From Selaginella moellendorffii (Eukaryota; Plantae; Lycopodiophyta), in assembly GCF_000143415.4 (NCBI RefSeq), contig NW_003314332.1:62001-126000 (forward strand): a stretch of 64,000 nt of DNA, read 5' to 3'. The translations under genes and the position numbers were made by a program. This document shows positions 10,995 to 22,335 of the stretch, piece by piece. Position 1 is the stretch's first letter, and each line of letters opens with the position of its first letter. A model generated the notes under the pieces. That model was not told the DNA's origin. It saw only the letters and a list, made by a program, of their open reading frames with translations, and did not search any database.

Positions 10995-13900
10995 TCTCTA
11001 ACTTTATTCCATTAGAGGCTATGATTTGCAACACCAGTATAGTTGCATACTCAAAGTTTCTTCTTTCCAGTATGGGTGAAGATAGACAACAATGGGATTT
11101 GCAAAATTTCAAGTAAAAAAAAATTCAAGTTTTTGAATCTCCAATAAAAGTGCCAAGATGCATTTTAATGAAAATGAATGTGAAGCAAGAGTTAGTCGTC
11201 ATCCTCTCCTCCTCTTTTAGTTGAAGTGGAGAAAATCATACTAGTGCTAACACCGAATTCACCATCTCTATCTTCACTAATATTCAAAGCCATTAGTAAT
11301 GCTTTCTAGTTTTAGTGCTTCTTAGTTGATGTGCACATATTTTTGTATAAGCTTGTGAGTGAGCTTCCATCCTTCTACAACGGCAACATTTTCTTCAAAC
11401 TAGTAATATAGGTTCCAAATAAAAGGGGATGGAAACTAAGCAGAATATTCACAATTGGTGCAAAATCAAGATCATACATTTCCAACATTTCAAAAGCATA
11501 GTGTTTATAGTTTATTGTGGTGGACATTTAGATTGCGTGCATGAAGCATGTAATCAAGATCACCATTGCTATTGGATTCAAGTGTCAATTTTGTAAAAAT
11601 GCTCCTTTATATAATGCCATTTGCGAGGCCAAAATGTACAACTTTCTTTCATAGGATGGAGTGGCTAGAAAAATTGTAATGGATATTGGCACACATATGC
11701 ATCCAATGTTGGAAGGGATAGAAAGGAGTTCTCTTAACTATTTCAAAAATGTTGTGTAGGAAGAGATTGTGAGAAACTCATCTACAACTTTGAAACATGT
11801 TTAAAAAACCATCTTTAAAGAATTTATTGTAAGCACCCTACTTAATTTAGGCTACCAAAAGACTCAACTAAATGAGGCTAGCTTGCAAGACTTACTATGA
11901 AGCATACAACTTGCTACTAACATGAGAAGATACATTTGTTGTATTTTATATATTACAATAATATCTTTTTTCTTACATTATACTATTTAGGATAAAATCT
12001 TAGATATATGAATCTTGAGAAGGGAAGTTGCAATAAAAATTTGACTCCATCCTTGAACTGAAATGGACCTATCCATACAAGTTCATCCACAAAAAATTAT
12101 TTCTAAACCAAGTTGTGAATGAGAAAGAGTGCCCCTTTGTCTTCAAGATGTTTACAATAGGCCCTACATTTAGTGTAAATCTTGTCTCCCAAATGGATAT
12201 GTCTGGGTCTAGTGACCTTGCAAATGCATGGGTATATTTTGACCAATACGTATTAAATTGGACAACCATGGGAGTTGATGTGCATTATCAAAGGTAATTT
12301 TTATTCTCATTATATTGAAATAGTTGTAATATTTGTGTTTTCACAGACTATGTTGTAATTTGACATATTTTGGAAGTCCCTCTCTAATATTGTGCTAAAG
12401 TGGATTTATAAACTTGTGAACTTTTGTGGTTTAATGGAAGATGGGGCTAATGCAAATTAAAATGGTGTCTGAGTAGTTTTTGGGAATGGTTAACCATTGG
12501 AAGGTCATAAAAAGACTTGAGAGTTATATTAGGGTCAGAGCTTAAACCAACATTACCACTTTATCAAGTTAAAGTTTCAATTAGTGTTTAAGGAGTTGTG
12601 CAAACAATAGCAAGTTACATCCTTTGAAGAAAAGTATGAGCTAAAGGCAAACAAAATCTGGATATGGTAGCTTGAAGATGGCCATGCAGACATAAATTGC
12701 ATACCTCAACTTGAGTCATGGTTAGGGTGGTGGGAAGTTAGGATGTTCCAATAGGGACATCACTCTTTTTAAGTTGGTTTTTATTTTTTCTTCTTATTTT
12801 ATTGCCTTTTAATATTGCATTTTCCATTAAGATAACCACTTGAGGACTTTCGCATATACTCCAATTATGAATCTTTCTGAAAGTAACCACTGAAGCTAGT
12901 GTTCCCTTGAGGCAGAAAAAGGGAAGATAAGTCTATATAAAGCGTGTCTATCATATTTAATATGCATTATAGAGTAATATTCAAAAGCATTAGCATTCGA
13001 GGAAGGAAGATACATAAGAACAAGGCCTTCTATTGAAATGTTATATGAAGAAAAAATTAACTCCACCCACCCAAACAGTGGCAATTGCAATTGAAGTGGC
13101 CCGTGGCATATCTATAGAGTATGTTCCCCAGGCTTCTATTAGTGATATAAAAACTATTTACTTAAAGTGTCACTTTTCCTTTGTTGGTGAAGATGTTGGT
13201 ATGGACCTTGGAGCAAAAATCTCTCACAAGCTTAATATTGAGTACCATTCTACTCCAAGACACTACCTTTAGACCAAATCACTTCAAGTGGCTAATGAAA
13301 AGAGTGCATTACAACATGTTGAAATCGTTTACCATAATGTGGAGCCAAAACAATGGGCAATCCACCGAGTGTTAAAAAAATCCAATATAAAATGTATAGA
13401 GATGCTTTTGAAGGGCAAGTGTTAAGCTTGAATTTGTGGTGATAAATTTGCTTCTATTCCAGCCCTATATTTCCATAGGAAATGAAAGCAAGTAAAATTT
13501 TTAAGATGGTGATGGCTATATTGTTATAACACCGATGTCAACCATATGAAGTGGCTTGAAGATACTATAGTGACTAAATTTGATGTAATGCCTAAAGAAT
13601 GGCCAGTTGCTAATAGAGTTGCACTCACCTCGAATGAAATTGAAAACCTTAAAAAATTTGGTTTCAATCTTGAGAAGAGAATTGGAGATATGAGTGATAG
13701 AACCATCACTATTCCCACAAAGATGTATAGGAGGTCAGTAAAAAAAATATAAGGAAATTAAGTTTATTAATACTATCTGCAAGCAAAAATAAGGTAAAAT
13801 AAGTTTGGCTCAAATACTTGAGTGTGATATTCTCTCCATAAAGTACATCACTACACTTACAAAAGAGTATATAATCAAAACAAAAGGTGGAGAGTATATA

Positions 13901-15065
13901 ATTGCCATTCAAGACTTTCCTTTTTACATATGTCTAGACTTTACTAAGCACGAGGAACATAGGAGCATATGCTCCTTACAAGCATATGTATTACATTTCT
14001 ATCAACACTTTACACCAAGATCCTAAAGTCGACATTTATATATATACTATGCAAGCCGTATTATTGCTGAATTACAGAAACCTTTTGGAGCTAACTAGAT
14101 TTTTCAAAACAATCAATGTTTTTTCTCTATTAATAATATAAATATATTATACTTTATATAATTAATAGAAAAACATTTTTTCATTTCACTTTTCATTTTA
14201 TATACTTGTGAGTGTTTTTATTGCAATATTACCCATAGTATTTGTGTGTCTCCATTTCTATTTTTACCATCTTAAAAATATTTCATGGAAGTCTTTTGGG
14301 TGCGTGATATCGTAGTGTATCATGAGATCGTCATATTAATCATTGTCATTGTTTCCATCGAAAGCCAAAAAATATATAAAGCATTTTTTGAAAGTCACAA
14401 AATTACAATTTTCTAAAATAAATAGGAGGGCATTTTTTTCACCCAATTTGTTGCACCCTTTATCATTGAGCTTATCTCTAACTGATGATCATTATGCTCA
14501 CTATCCTTTCTTTCTTTCTTTTGTATAGTTTGGTTATATTGTGCAATGGGATAACTATTATAACTCTTAACCTTGAATTCTGGGAAAAAATTGTAAGAGT
14601 TAAAATTACCAACACTAGAACCCACAAACATTTGTATGTATTTCTCTCTTTTTGAATGAGAGTGTGAGTGAAGGTCCATAAATTATAGACACTATACTAT
14701 ATGACAAACCCCTCAAAAATATATTCTAGAAAATAATCAAGTCTCTCTTTTATATGTAACAAGTTTACACCTTCAAACAATTATATATCCATACATAAAA
14801 ATTTATTTAAAATTTAATAATTTTAAAATTATAAAAAACTTGACATTGACTAGTTAGAAAACATAGAGTAAAAATTTAAGGAAGTGACAAGGATACTTTT
14901 TATGCAAACATCTTTTTATCTATATAATATATAGAGAGTTATAAAATTATTAAGTTTGCTATAACCTTAATATTTTTTTATAATGTTTATATTAAAGTAC
15001 AATTGAAAATTGAGCTCAACTCATAAGCTAAATTCTTCAAATTGTGAGCTGAAGAATAGTCTAGA
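10995..15065 (+). mobile_element. MULE/MuDR-like DNA transposon relic with DDE-region and SWIM-finger transposase pseudogene
   Basis: FVFKMFTIGP...DLANAWVYFD (12115-12297), decayed LMEDGANAN*NGV*VVFGNG*PLEGHKKT (~12430-12520), SWIM remnant YIIAIQDFPFYICLDF (~13895-14000), GT-AG intron near 12294-12347. Homologous to 15100-17120, 29400-30500 and 30660-32900. Confidence 0.7.
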
Positions 15066-15099
15066 CTCTTGAAGTTTTGTTGTACTACTTTTTAAAAGC

Positions 15100-17120
15100 A
15101 TAGACCATTCTTAAGCTCATGAGCTGAAGAGTTAAACTTGTGAGTTAAGCTCAATTTTCAATTTTATTTTAATGCAAACATTATAAACTTTAAAATAATA
15201 AGGTTATGGTGAATCTAATAATTTCATAACTCTCTACACATTATATAGATAAAAATGTTCTAAAGGACACTTCTTATTCTAAAAATTTAAATATTAATTA
15301 TATGCCATAATAGGGATATTTGTTAGAATATAAAATAAAATATTTGCAGAAAAATATTTTTATCACTTCCTTAAATCTGTACTTTATGATTTTTTTCTAG
15401 TAAAGGTCAAGTTTGTCAGAATTAAAAATTATTAAATTTGAAATAAATTCTATATAAGGCCATATAACCATTTGAAATGAAAAAAAACCATTGATGTAAG
15501 CTCATTACAAATAAAGAGAGGTTTGGTTCTTCTCTAGAATACATTCTTGAGGGGTTTATCATAATATAGTATTTAAAATTTATAGATCTTCACTCACACT
15601 CTCATTTGAAGAGAAGGAAATCACACAAATGTTTATGGGTTTTCATATTGGTAATTTTAAATCTTGTAATCTTTCTTCTCAAAGTAATAATCAAGGGCTA
15701 TAAATTGCAATAGTTATCCTATTACACAGTACAACCAAACCATACAAAAGAAAGAGAAAAAGGATAATGAGGATAGTGATAACAAGTTGGAGATAAAGGC
15801 AATAAGAAAAGGTGTAATAAATTAGATAAAAAATACTCTCTTACTTATTCTAGAAAATTATAATTCTATGACTTTCAAAAAATGCCTTATATGTTTTCTT
15901 GGAAACAATGGTGACAATCACTATGATGGTATATATGCTCTCGCAACACACTACAGTATCACACACCCAAAAGACTACTATGAAATATTTTTTGAGATGG
16001 TGAAAAGAGAAATGGAGACATATGAGTATTATAAGTAATATTGCAAAAAAGAACACTCACAAATATATCAAATGAAAAGTATATTTTGTTATTAATTATA
16101 TAAAGTATAATAAATTTATATTATTGATAGAGAATAAACATTAATAGACTTGGAAAATCTAATTAGCTTCAAAAGTCTTTTGCAATTTAGCAATAATAAG
16201 GCTTACCTAGTATGTATGAATATAAGGAGTATATTCATTTCTATATTCCTCACATTTCATAAAGTCTGGATATATGCAAAAAGGAAAGTCTTGAATGGAA
16301 ATTATGTACTCTTTTGTAAGTGTAGTGATGTACTTTATGGGAAAAATTATCACACTCAAGCATTTGAGCTAAAACTTATTTTACCTTACTTTTGCTTGGA
16401 AATGATACTAATAAATTTATTTGCCTCCCTTTTTTTTGTTAACCTCTTCTGCATCTTTATAGGAATAATGCTAGTTCTGTCACTCATGTCTCCAACTCTT
16501 CTCCTTTCAAGATTGAAATTAGATCTCTTAAGGTTTTCAATCTCATCTGAAGTGAGCACAACCTTATTAGTAACTAGCCATTCTTTAAGTATTATATCAG
16601 ATTTTGTCACTATAATGTCTTCATGCTTCTTTATAAGGTTAGCATCAGTGTTGTAGCAATACAATTAATACCATTTAAAAAACCTTACTTGCTTTTTTTT
16701 CTCTATGGAAACATGGGGCTAAAATAGAAGTAGATTTGTTACCATAGATCTAGGCCTAACATTTACCCCTTGAAAGCACCCCACACTTTAAATTAGATTT
16801 TGTTGGCATACAATGGATTGTTCATTGCTTCAACTTCATGTTATGGTAAGTGATTTCAACCTATTATGATGCACTCTCTTCATCAAGCACTTGAGGTGGT
16901 TCAGTTTAGGGGTGTTGTCTTGGAGTAGAATAGTATTCAACATCAGGCCTGTGAAAGTTTTTTGCTCCAAGGTCTATACGAACATCTTCACTAGCAAAGG
17001 AAAAACAACACTTTGAGTAAACGGTTTTCATATCACTAATAGAAGCTCAGGAGTGTACTTTATAAATGTGCTGTAGACCATTTCCTCCACTACAGTTGCC
17101 ATTGTTTGTGCAAGTTGAGT
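15100..17120 (-). mobile_element. Second, inverted copy of the 3' half of the MULE-like element
   Basis: Reverse-complement homology to 13060-15065, for example ORF 16386-16664 versus 13546-13752. Confidence 0.8.
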
Positions 17121-17127
17121 CTAGTTT

Positions 17128-18715
17128 TGCCATTAATTGCAATAACAATCCACAAGCACAAAGCACTACAACACCACAACTACTAGCTTTAACATCCATA
17201 GTCCCTTCCACTACCTTTCATCACCATCCACACCTTTCTCTCACACAAATCTTGGGCACACATTTCCCTCATCCTTCCATTGCAAACTTGGGTGACTTAA
17301 GGAACTTTTTGGAGGCTCAAGAACCCATAAGGCTATGATCTAGATGAGCATTTCCTTCCTCTTGCTTTGGTTCTTATTCCCTTCTTTGTGTTTCTCTTTC
17401 CACAAATCACTTCTTCACACCTTTCACATCATTCTCTTTGGTTTACACACCACAATTCTTTAAGCAATTTACCACTAAATAGAAAGCTTTTGTTGACTTG
17501 AATTGTGATGTCGCACCATCACTACCCAATGACAATAGATGACACACAACACGGTGCCACTTTTGTTCAACACTGCCTCAAGCTTCATCATGAATGGCTT
17601 TGAGATCAAGGTGGAAGTGAACTTCTTTATAGACAATGGAAACTCCATACACCACTTTCCTTTTATATGTAAATGAACAATTATGCTCACTTGTTCATCC
17701 ACCCAGTGCCTAGACAGAACCTTATTTTGTTTGTGGATAGTGAAGTTCTTAGAGAAATCCATCATGGAGACCATTACACATTAAGAAACATAGCCAAGCA
17801 TTGATCTAACTTTGATTTTGCTACTTTGCTTCAAACTTGTAGATGATAAAGCCTTAGTGTTATGATCCCCAATCATGTTACATATCATCAAGCTTCCTTA
17901 AGAGGAGAAAAGAGGACATGTCCTTCTAAAGGGGGAATGGAAAGAAAGGGAGGGAAGAAGGGAAAAAGAGAAGAGCCCAAAAAATGAGCAAAACCTAACC
18001 ACATACCATATGCTCCCACCATATAATCAATCCCATGCTTATATAGAATAACTTATAAATCTCCCTTGAAAGATACAACTCTATCCTTAGAGTGGAGGGC
18101 TCCCACTCAGACAGATGTCGAAGATCATCAAACTCCTATTGAATGACCCAGGAGTCTACCTCATTTCTTGTACCCAACCGTCAGATCAGGTATTGGGGAA
18201 GACTTTGGCAACAGAGTTGTTGGATATCAACTTGTAGCACCCCTAGGATGAGCAACTATTGAGTACTTTTGGAGGTGGAAGGATTATGATGAAGATTAAG
18301 CTCAGACACATGGAAGATGTTGTGGATATGGCATCCCAATGGCAACTCCACCTGAAAAGAAACATTGTTAGTCTTGTCCAGCACACAAAAAGGGCCAAAG
18401 AATTGCAGATGGACCTTCATTCATGCCATTGCACAATGTCCCAAAGTGTAATGGTGTGGCTTGAAGAAAATGTAGACCAAGTCTCCCATAGAGAATGTCT
18501 AAAAAGATCTGTACTTGTCCACCTCGAACTTCATGATCACTTGACCAGATTCCAAATATAGAGTGATCAATTTATAAACCACTTTAAGAGTGACCAAGTG
18601 CTGACAAACTGATAGAATGGAGTTGGGAACTTCATCAACTCTTGCTCATACAAGGCCGAGTGTGTACTTCTTAAGGGCATTTAAGCCTGGCAAACTAGCA
18701 GCATAGCAGCCACAT
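17128..18715 (-). mobile_element. 3' remnant of a Ty3 chromovirus (integrase C-terminus, chromodomain, PPT, probable LTR)
   Basis: Minus strand reads FQVELPLGCHIHNIFHVSEL and QYLI*RLG...VDSWV. PPT-like CTCCCTT at 18061. LTR extent inferred. Confidence 0.55.
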
Positions 18716-18849
18716 CAAGAATATTTATAGGATATTCTTTTTATAATATGTAAATAACAAAAACTTTTACAAAATACTATTATTTAGAAGAACAATGCAT
18801 AGGAAGGACTTTCATTATTTTAAATATATCTCATTTTACACATTGATGA

Positions 18850-19140
18850 TATTGCATGCTTGTTTCCTTGACAAAGTTGCTTGCACAATCCTCATGTTTA
18901 TAGAATCCACTTTCTACCAATTGAGATGCAAGTAAATTGGATGTTTATAGCACTGGATATAGCAATTGCTTAAGCCTTTCTAAAAGTCTGAACACACAAA
19001 AAAAATTTTCCATTCCTATAGTTACCTTATAATGGTTCCCCTTATTATTTAGAACTACTTCTTCTTTAACTCTAGTATTGTATATGTCGACATTTTCAAT
19101 GGTTGCTTGCATAATAAGTGTGATGTGCAATCTTGTCTAA
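18850..19140 (-). pseudogene. SWIM-like transposase fragment
   Basis: KGNHYKVTIGMENFFCVF resembles the Y-x-V-x-I...CxC segment of the SWIM copies elsewhere in the window. Confidence 0.3.
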
Positions 19141-19304
19141 AAATTTAATGTAAAAACTTTCCTTGGTTGAATTGGAATTCCATGTCCTATAGTTGGAATC
19201 TTGTTGTCAAAGATAGGGTTTCTTGTGGTTGGAGTCTTTTTGTCAGAGAAAAGAGTGCTTGTTCATAAGAAAATTAATTACTAGTATTATAAATATTATA
19301 TTAC

Positions 19305-20335
19305 TGTAAACAACCAAAGAACACAACTCGAAAGACAATCTATAAGAGTTTAAATACAAAAAAAAATGGCCCATGAATAAAATGCAACCTTTTTTTCTAA
19401 TTGGTTAAAAGTCTTGAAATATTTAAGGTTAAGTGACCTTGAGTTTGAGTAGTACTGGGCTGAATGACCTTCCAGAAAATCTAAATTCCAAAACTTTATA
19501 TTTGGCATTTGGTATAAGAGAGGTCTTGGGTTTGACTCTTGGTTGGCTAGAGGAATCATAACATATGTTAAAATTGACATTTGGCGGGTCTAATTTACTT
19601 CCGGCTAAACTTGACCTAAGGGGTAGAGTGTCAAAAGATCAATGCTCGAAAGAAAGTTGTGGCTTTAAGCTTCCATTCATGAAAGTGTGAATTTATAGAG
19701 AAGTATAGTGGATTGTAAACAAAAAAGTAGGGCTCTCAAAAGAGTTGTGGCTTTTAGTTTTCATTCATGAACACGTGAACTTGTAAAGAAGCATGGTGAA
19801 TTTTAAACAAAAGAGTAGAGCTTGAGAGAGAGTTGTAGATTTTAGCTTTTATTTATAAGAGCATGAACTTGCAATGAAGCATGATAGATTGTAAATAACT
19901 AAAAAAAACAACTTGAGAAATGATTCGTAAGGGCAAAGAAAACATGGTGGATTATAAATAACTAAAGAGAATACTCAAAAGGTGATCCATAAGAATTTAA
20001 AGAAGTGTGGTAGATTCTAAGCAACCAAAGAAAATAACACATAAAAATGCTTTATAACGGTTTAAATACAAAGGGAAATAACTTATGAACACAAAAGTGC
20101 ACCCCCTTTTCTAATTGGTTAAGGGTCTTAGGATATTTAGTGTCAAATTCTATATAGAGTCTGAATAAAAGTTTAAAGAAATGTGGTAGATTGTAAGCAA
20201 CCAAAGAAAATAACACAAAAAAATACTTCATAAGGGTTTAAATACAAAGGGAAATAACTTATGAACAAGAGTGCACCCCCTTTTGTAATTGGTTAAGGGT
20301 TTTGGGATATTTATTATCAAATTCTATATGGGGTA
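19305..20335 (+). mobile_element. Degenerate Cassandra-type TRIM with tandemly reiterated internal-end/LTR-start units
   Basis: LTR with 5S segment (19427-19480), decayed PBS TGGTATAAGAG, internal domain homologous to 26211-26415, then repeated ...GTGGATTGTAAACAA... junction units and two partial LTRs. Confidence 0.8.
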
Positions 20336-21852
20336 GACATCTAAATAGATTTTTCCTCTACTAGAATGGGTTCCATTAGCAAACTAAAGCTAAAGATCCT
20401 AGCACAAACTCGAAGTCCAGACACATCAAAATTCAATGTTCAATTGTTTGATGTCATTGAAGTTCAAATTCTTGAGGGAATGAGCAAGCCTATGCTGGGG
20501 AATGGTCTTAATAGGCTATAGTGAGACCATTAACGGACACATGGAATAATATTATTCGAGGATGAGAGCGGTTGAATGAATATAAAACACATGGCTAAAA
20601 AGGTCATATATAAGATGTTGATTTTGTTTCTAGGGTTCTAGGGTTTTTTATGCCAACACCATGAGGCTGTCAAATTCTCCAAGCAAAAGCAAATTTGAGG
20701 CATGGTAGCTAGATTGATCCAAATTTGCTCCTTGTGCAGAGTTTGCCCTTATTTTCATGGTTTTCTCTAGATTTCTTAGTTTTTCCTTCTCAATCCTATC
20801 AATTTTATCTATCTATAGATGGATCCTCCTTCTTTTGATCTAGGATTATCCTAATGTAAGCGACTAAATTTTCCATTCTACTTTAGTCACTTAACCACAC
20901 CTCCAACCACTTGGAGGAGTCTCATTCACAACCTCCCTCAGTCCAATTCAGGACTTGGGATTTGCTAGCCCCAAGAATGGCATCCATGCCACTCCACACT
21001 TGCACCTGGTCCAAGTGCTCCACATGTCCAGTCCCAAGACCGACACCCAAAGGTACCACTGACATCTCGGCCCGTTACGCTAAGGCCATGCCCATTCACC
21101 TTTGCTGCACTAGTGGTCTAATACCACTTGCATCACCATCCCGTCTCTCCAAGACTGGGCCATCTGTCCACGAGTGGTCATCCTGGATCCACTCCTTAGC
21201 ATCCTTAGGATGCCCACAGACCTGGGGAATCGCCTTCCCCAAAGTCCCTTTGTCAGTTCCTACCAAGTCCCTTTCTACCCCTGGCCGTGTTTGCCAACAC
21301 TGCCACTGGATCGAGGCCCACAGGCCCGACCACTAAGTCCCATGGTCCTCTGGGACTTCCTCACCACACGACTGTGTCCTTGGTCACTACCCCAGAGGAC
21401 TGCTCCTCTTCCTTTCCACAGTCTAGGCCTTTGGGACAACATTTCGGAACACCATGGCCTTACGCGAGCCACCTAGGTACTCTCCCCGCCTTTCGCCTTT
21501 AGGTGCTCTAGCCATGGGCTTAGAGCGAGGTTCCGTTGAGCCGCGCCTGGTATCCAAGTAGGTAGTGCCACCCACACTTGGACTGGGAGCTTCGGCCAGT
21601 CGATCTCCTGGGGGAACTAGAGCCGGCTCTTGAACACTTCACCAAGCTACCCCGCTTGTCGGTCCGTGTTCACTTTAGTCTTGGACTTCCCAGTGGGCAG
21701 CTCATCACCCAACACTGGGTCTGGCCTCCCTGGGCCAAACTGGCCTTTCCTGGCTAAACTGGCTCCACTGCAGTCCTCCCCCTACTATACTTTTGGAGCT
21801 CACCAAACCCCCCAGGGTCTGGGAGACGAACGCTTTGGGCTTTCACCCTCTC

Positions 21853-22335
21853 AGACTCGAACTCGGACTCGGACTCGGACTCGGACTCGGACTCGGACTC
21901 GGACTCGGACTCGGGCTCGGTCTCAGCCTTGGCCTCGGTCTCGGTCTCGGTCCCGGTCTCGGTCCCGGTCTCCGTCGCAGTCTCGGTCTTGGTCCCGGTC
22001 TCGGTCTCGACCTCGGACTCCATCTCGGACTCCATCTCAGGCTCCGTCTCGGACTCCATCTCGGACTCCGTCTCGGTCCATCTCGGACTCCATCTCGGGT
22101 CCATCTCGGACTCCGTCTCGGTCCACCTCGGACTCCATCTCGGACTCCATCTCGGGTCCATCTCAGACTCCATCTCGGACTCCATCTCGGGTCCATCTCG
22201 GACTCCGTCTCGGTCCACCTCGGACTCCACTTCGGGTCCATCTCGGACTCCATATCGGACTCCATATCGGACTCCACTTCGGACTCCATATCAGACTCCA
22301 CTTCGGGTCCATCTCAGACTCCATCTTGGACACTT
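21853..22335. repeat. Hexamer-derived microsatellite inside the LTR: (GGACTC)n, (GGTCTC)n, (GGACTCCATCTC)n
   Basis: Directly visible. Explains the RTRT/ESES/LGLG spurious ORFs. Confidence 0.95.

Noticed and set aside
15040-15066. Helitron 3' end (hairpin plus CTAG)
   Set aside because: CTAG is not conserved in the other two copies (CTAT, CTGC) and no Rep/helicase remnant is visible.
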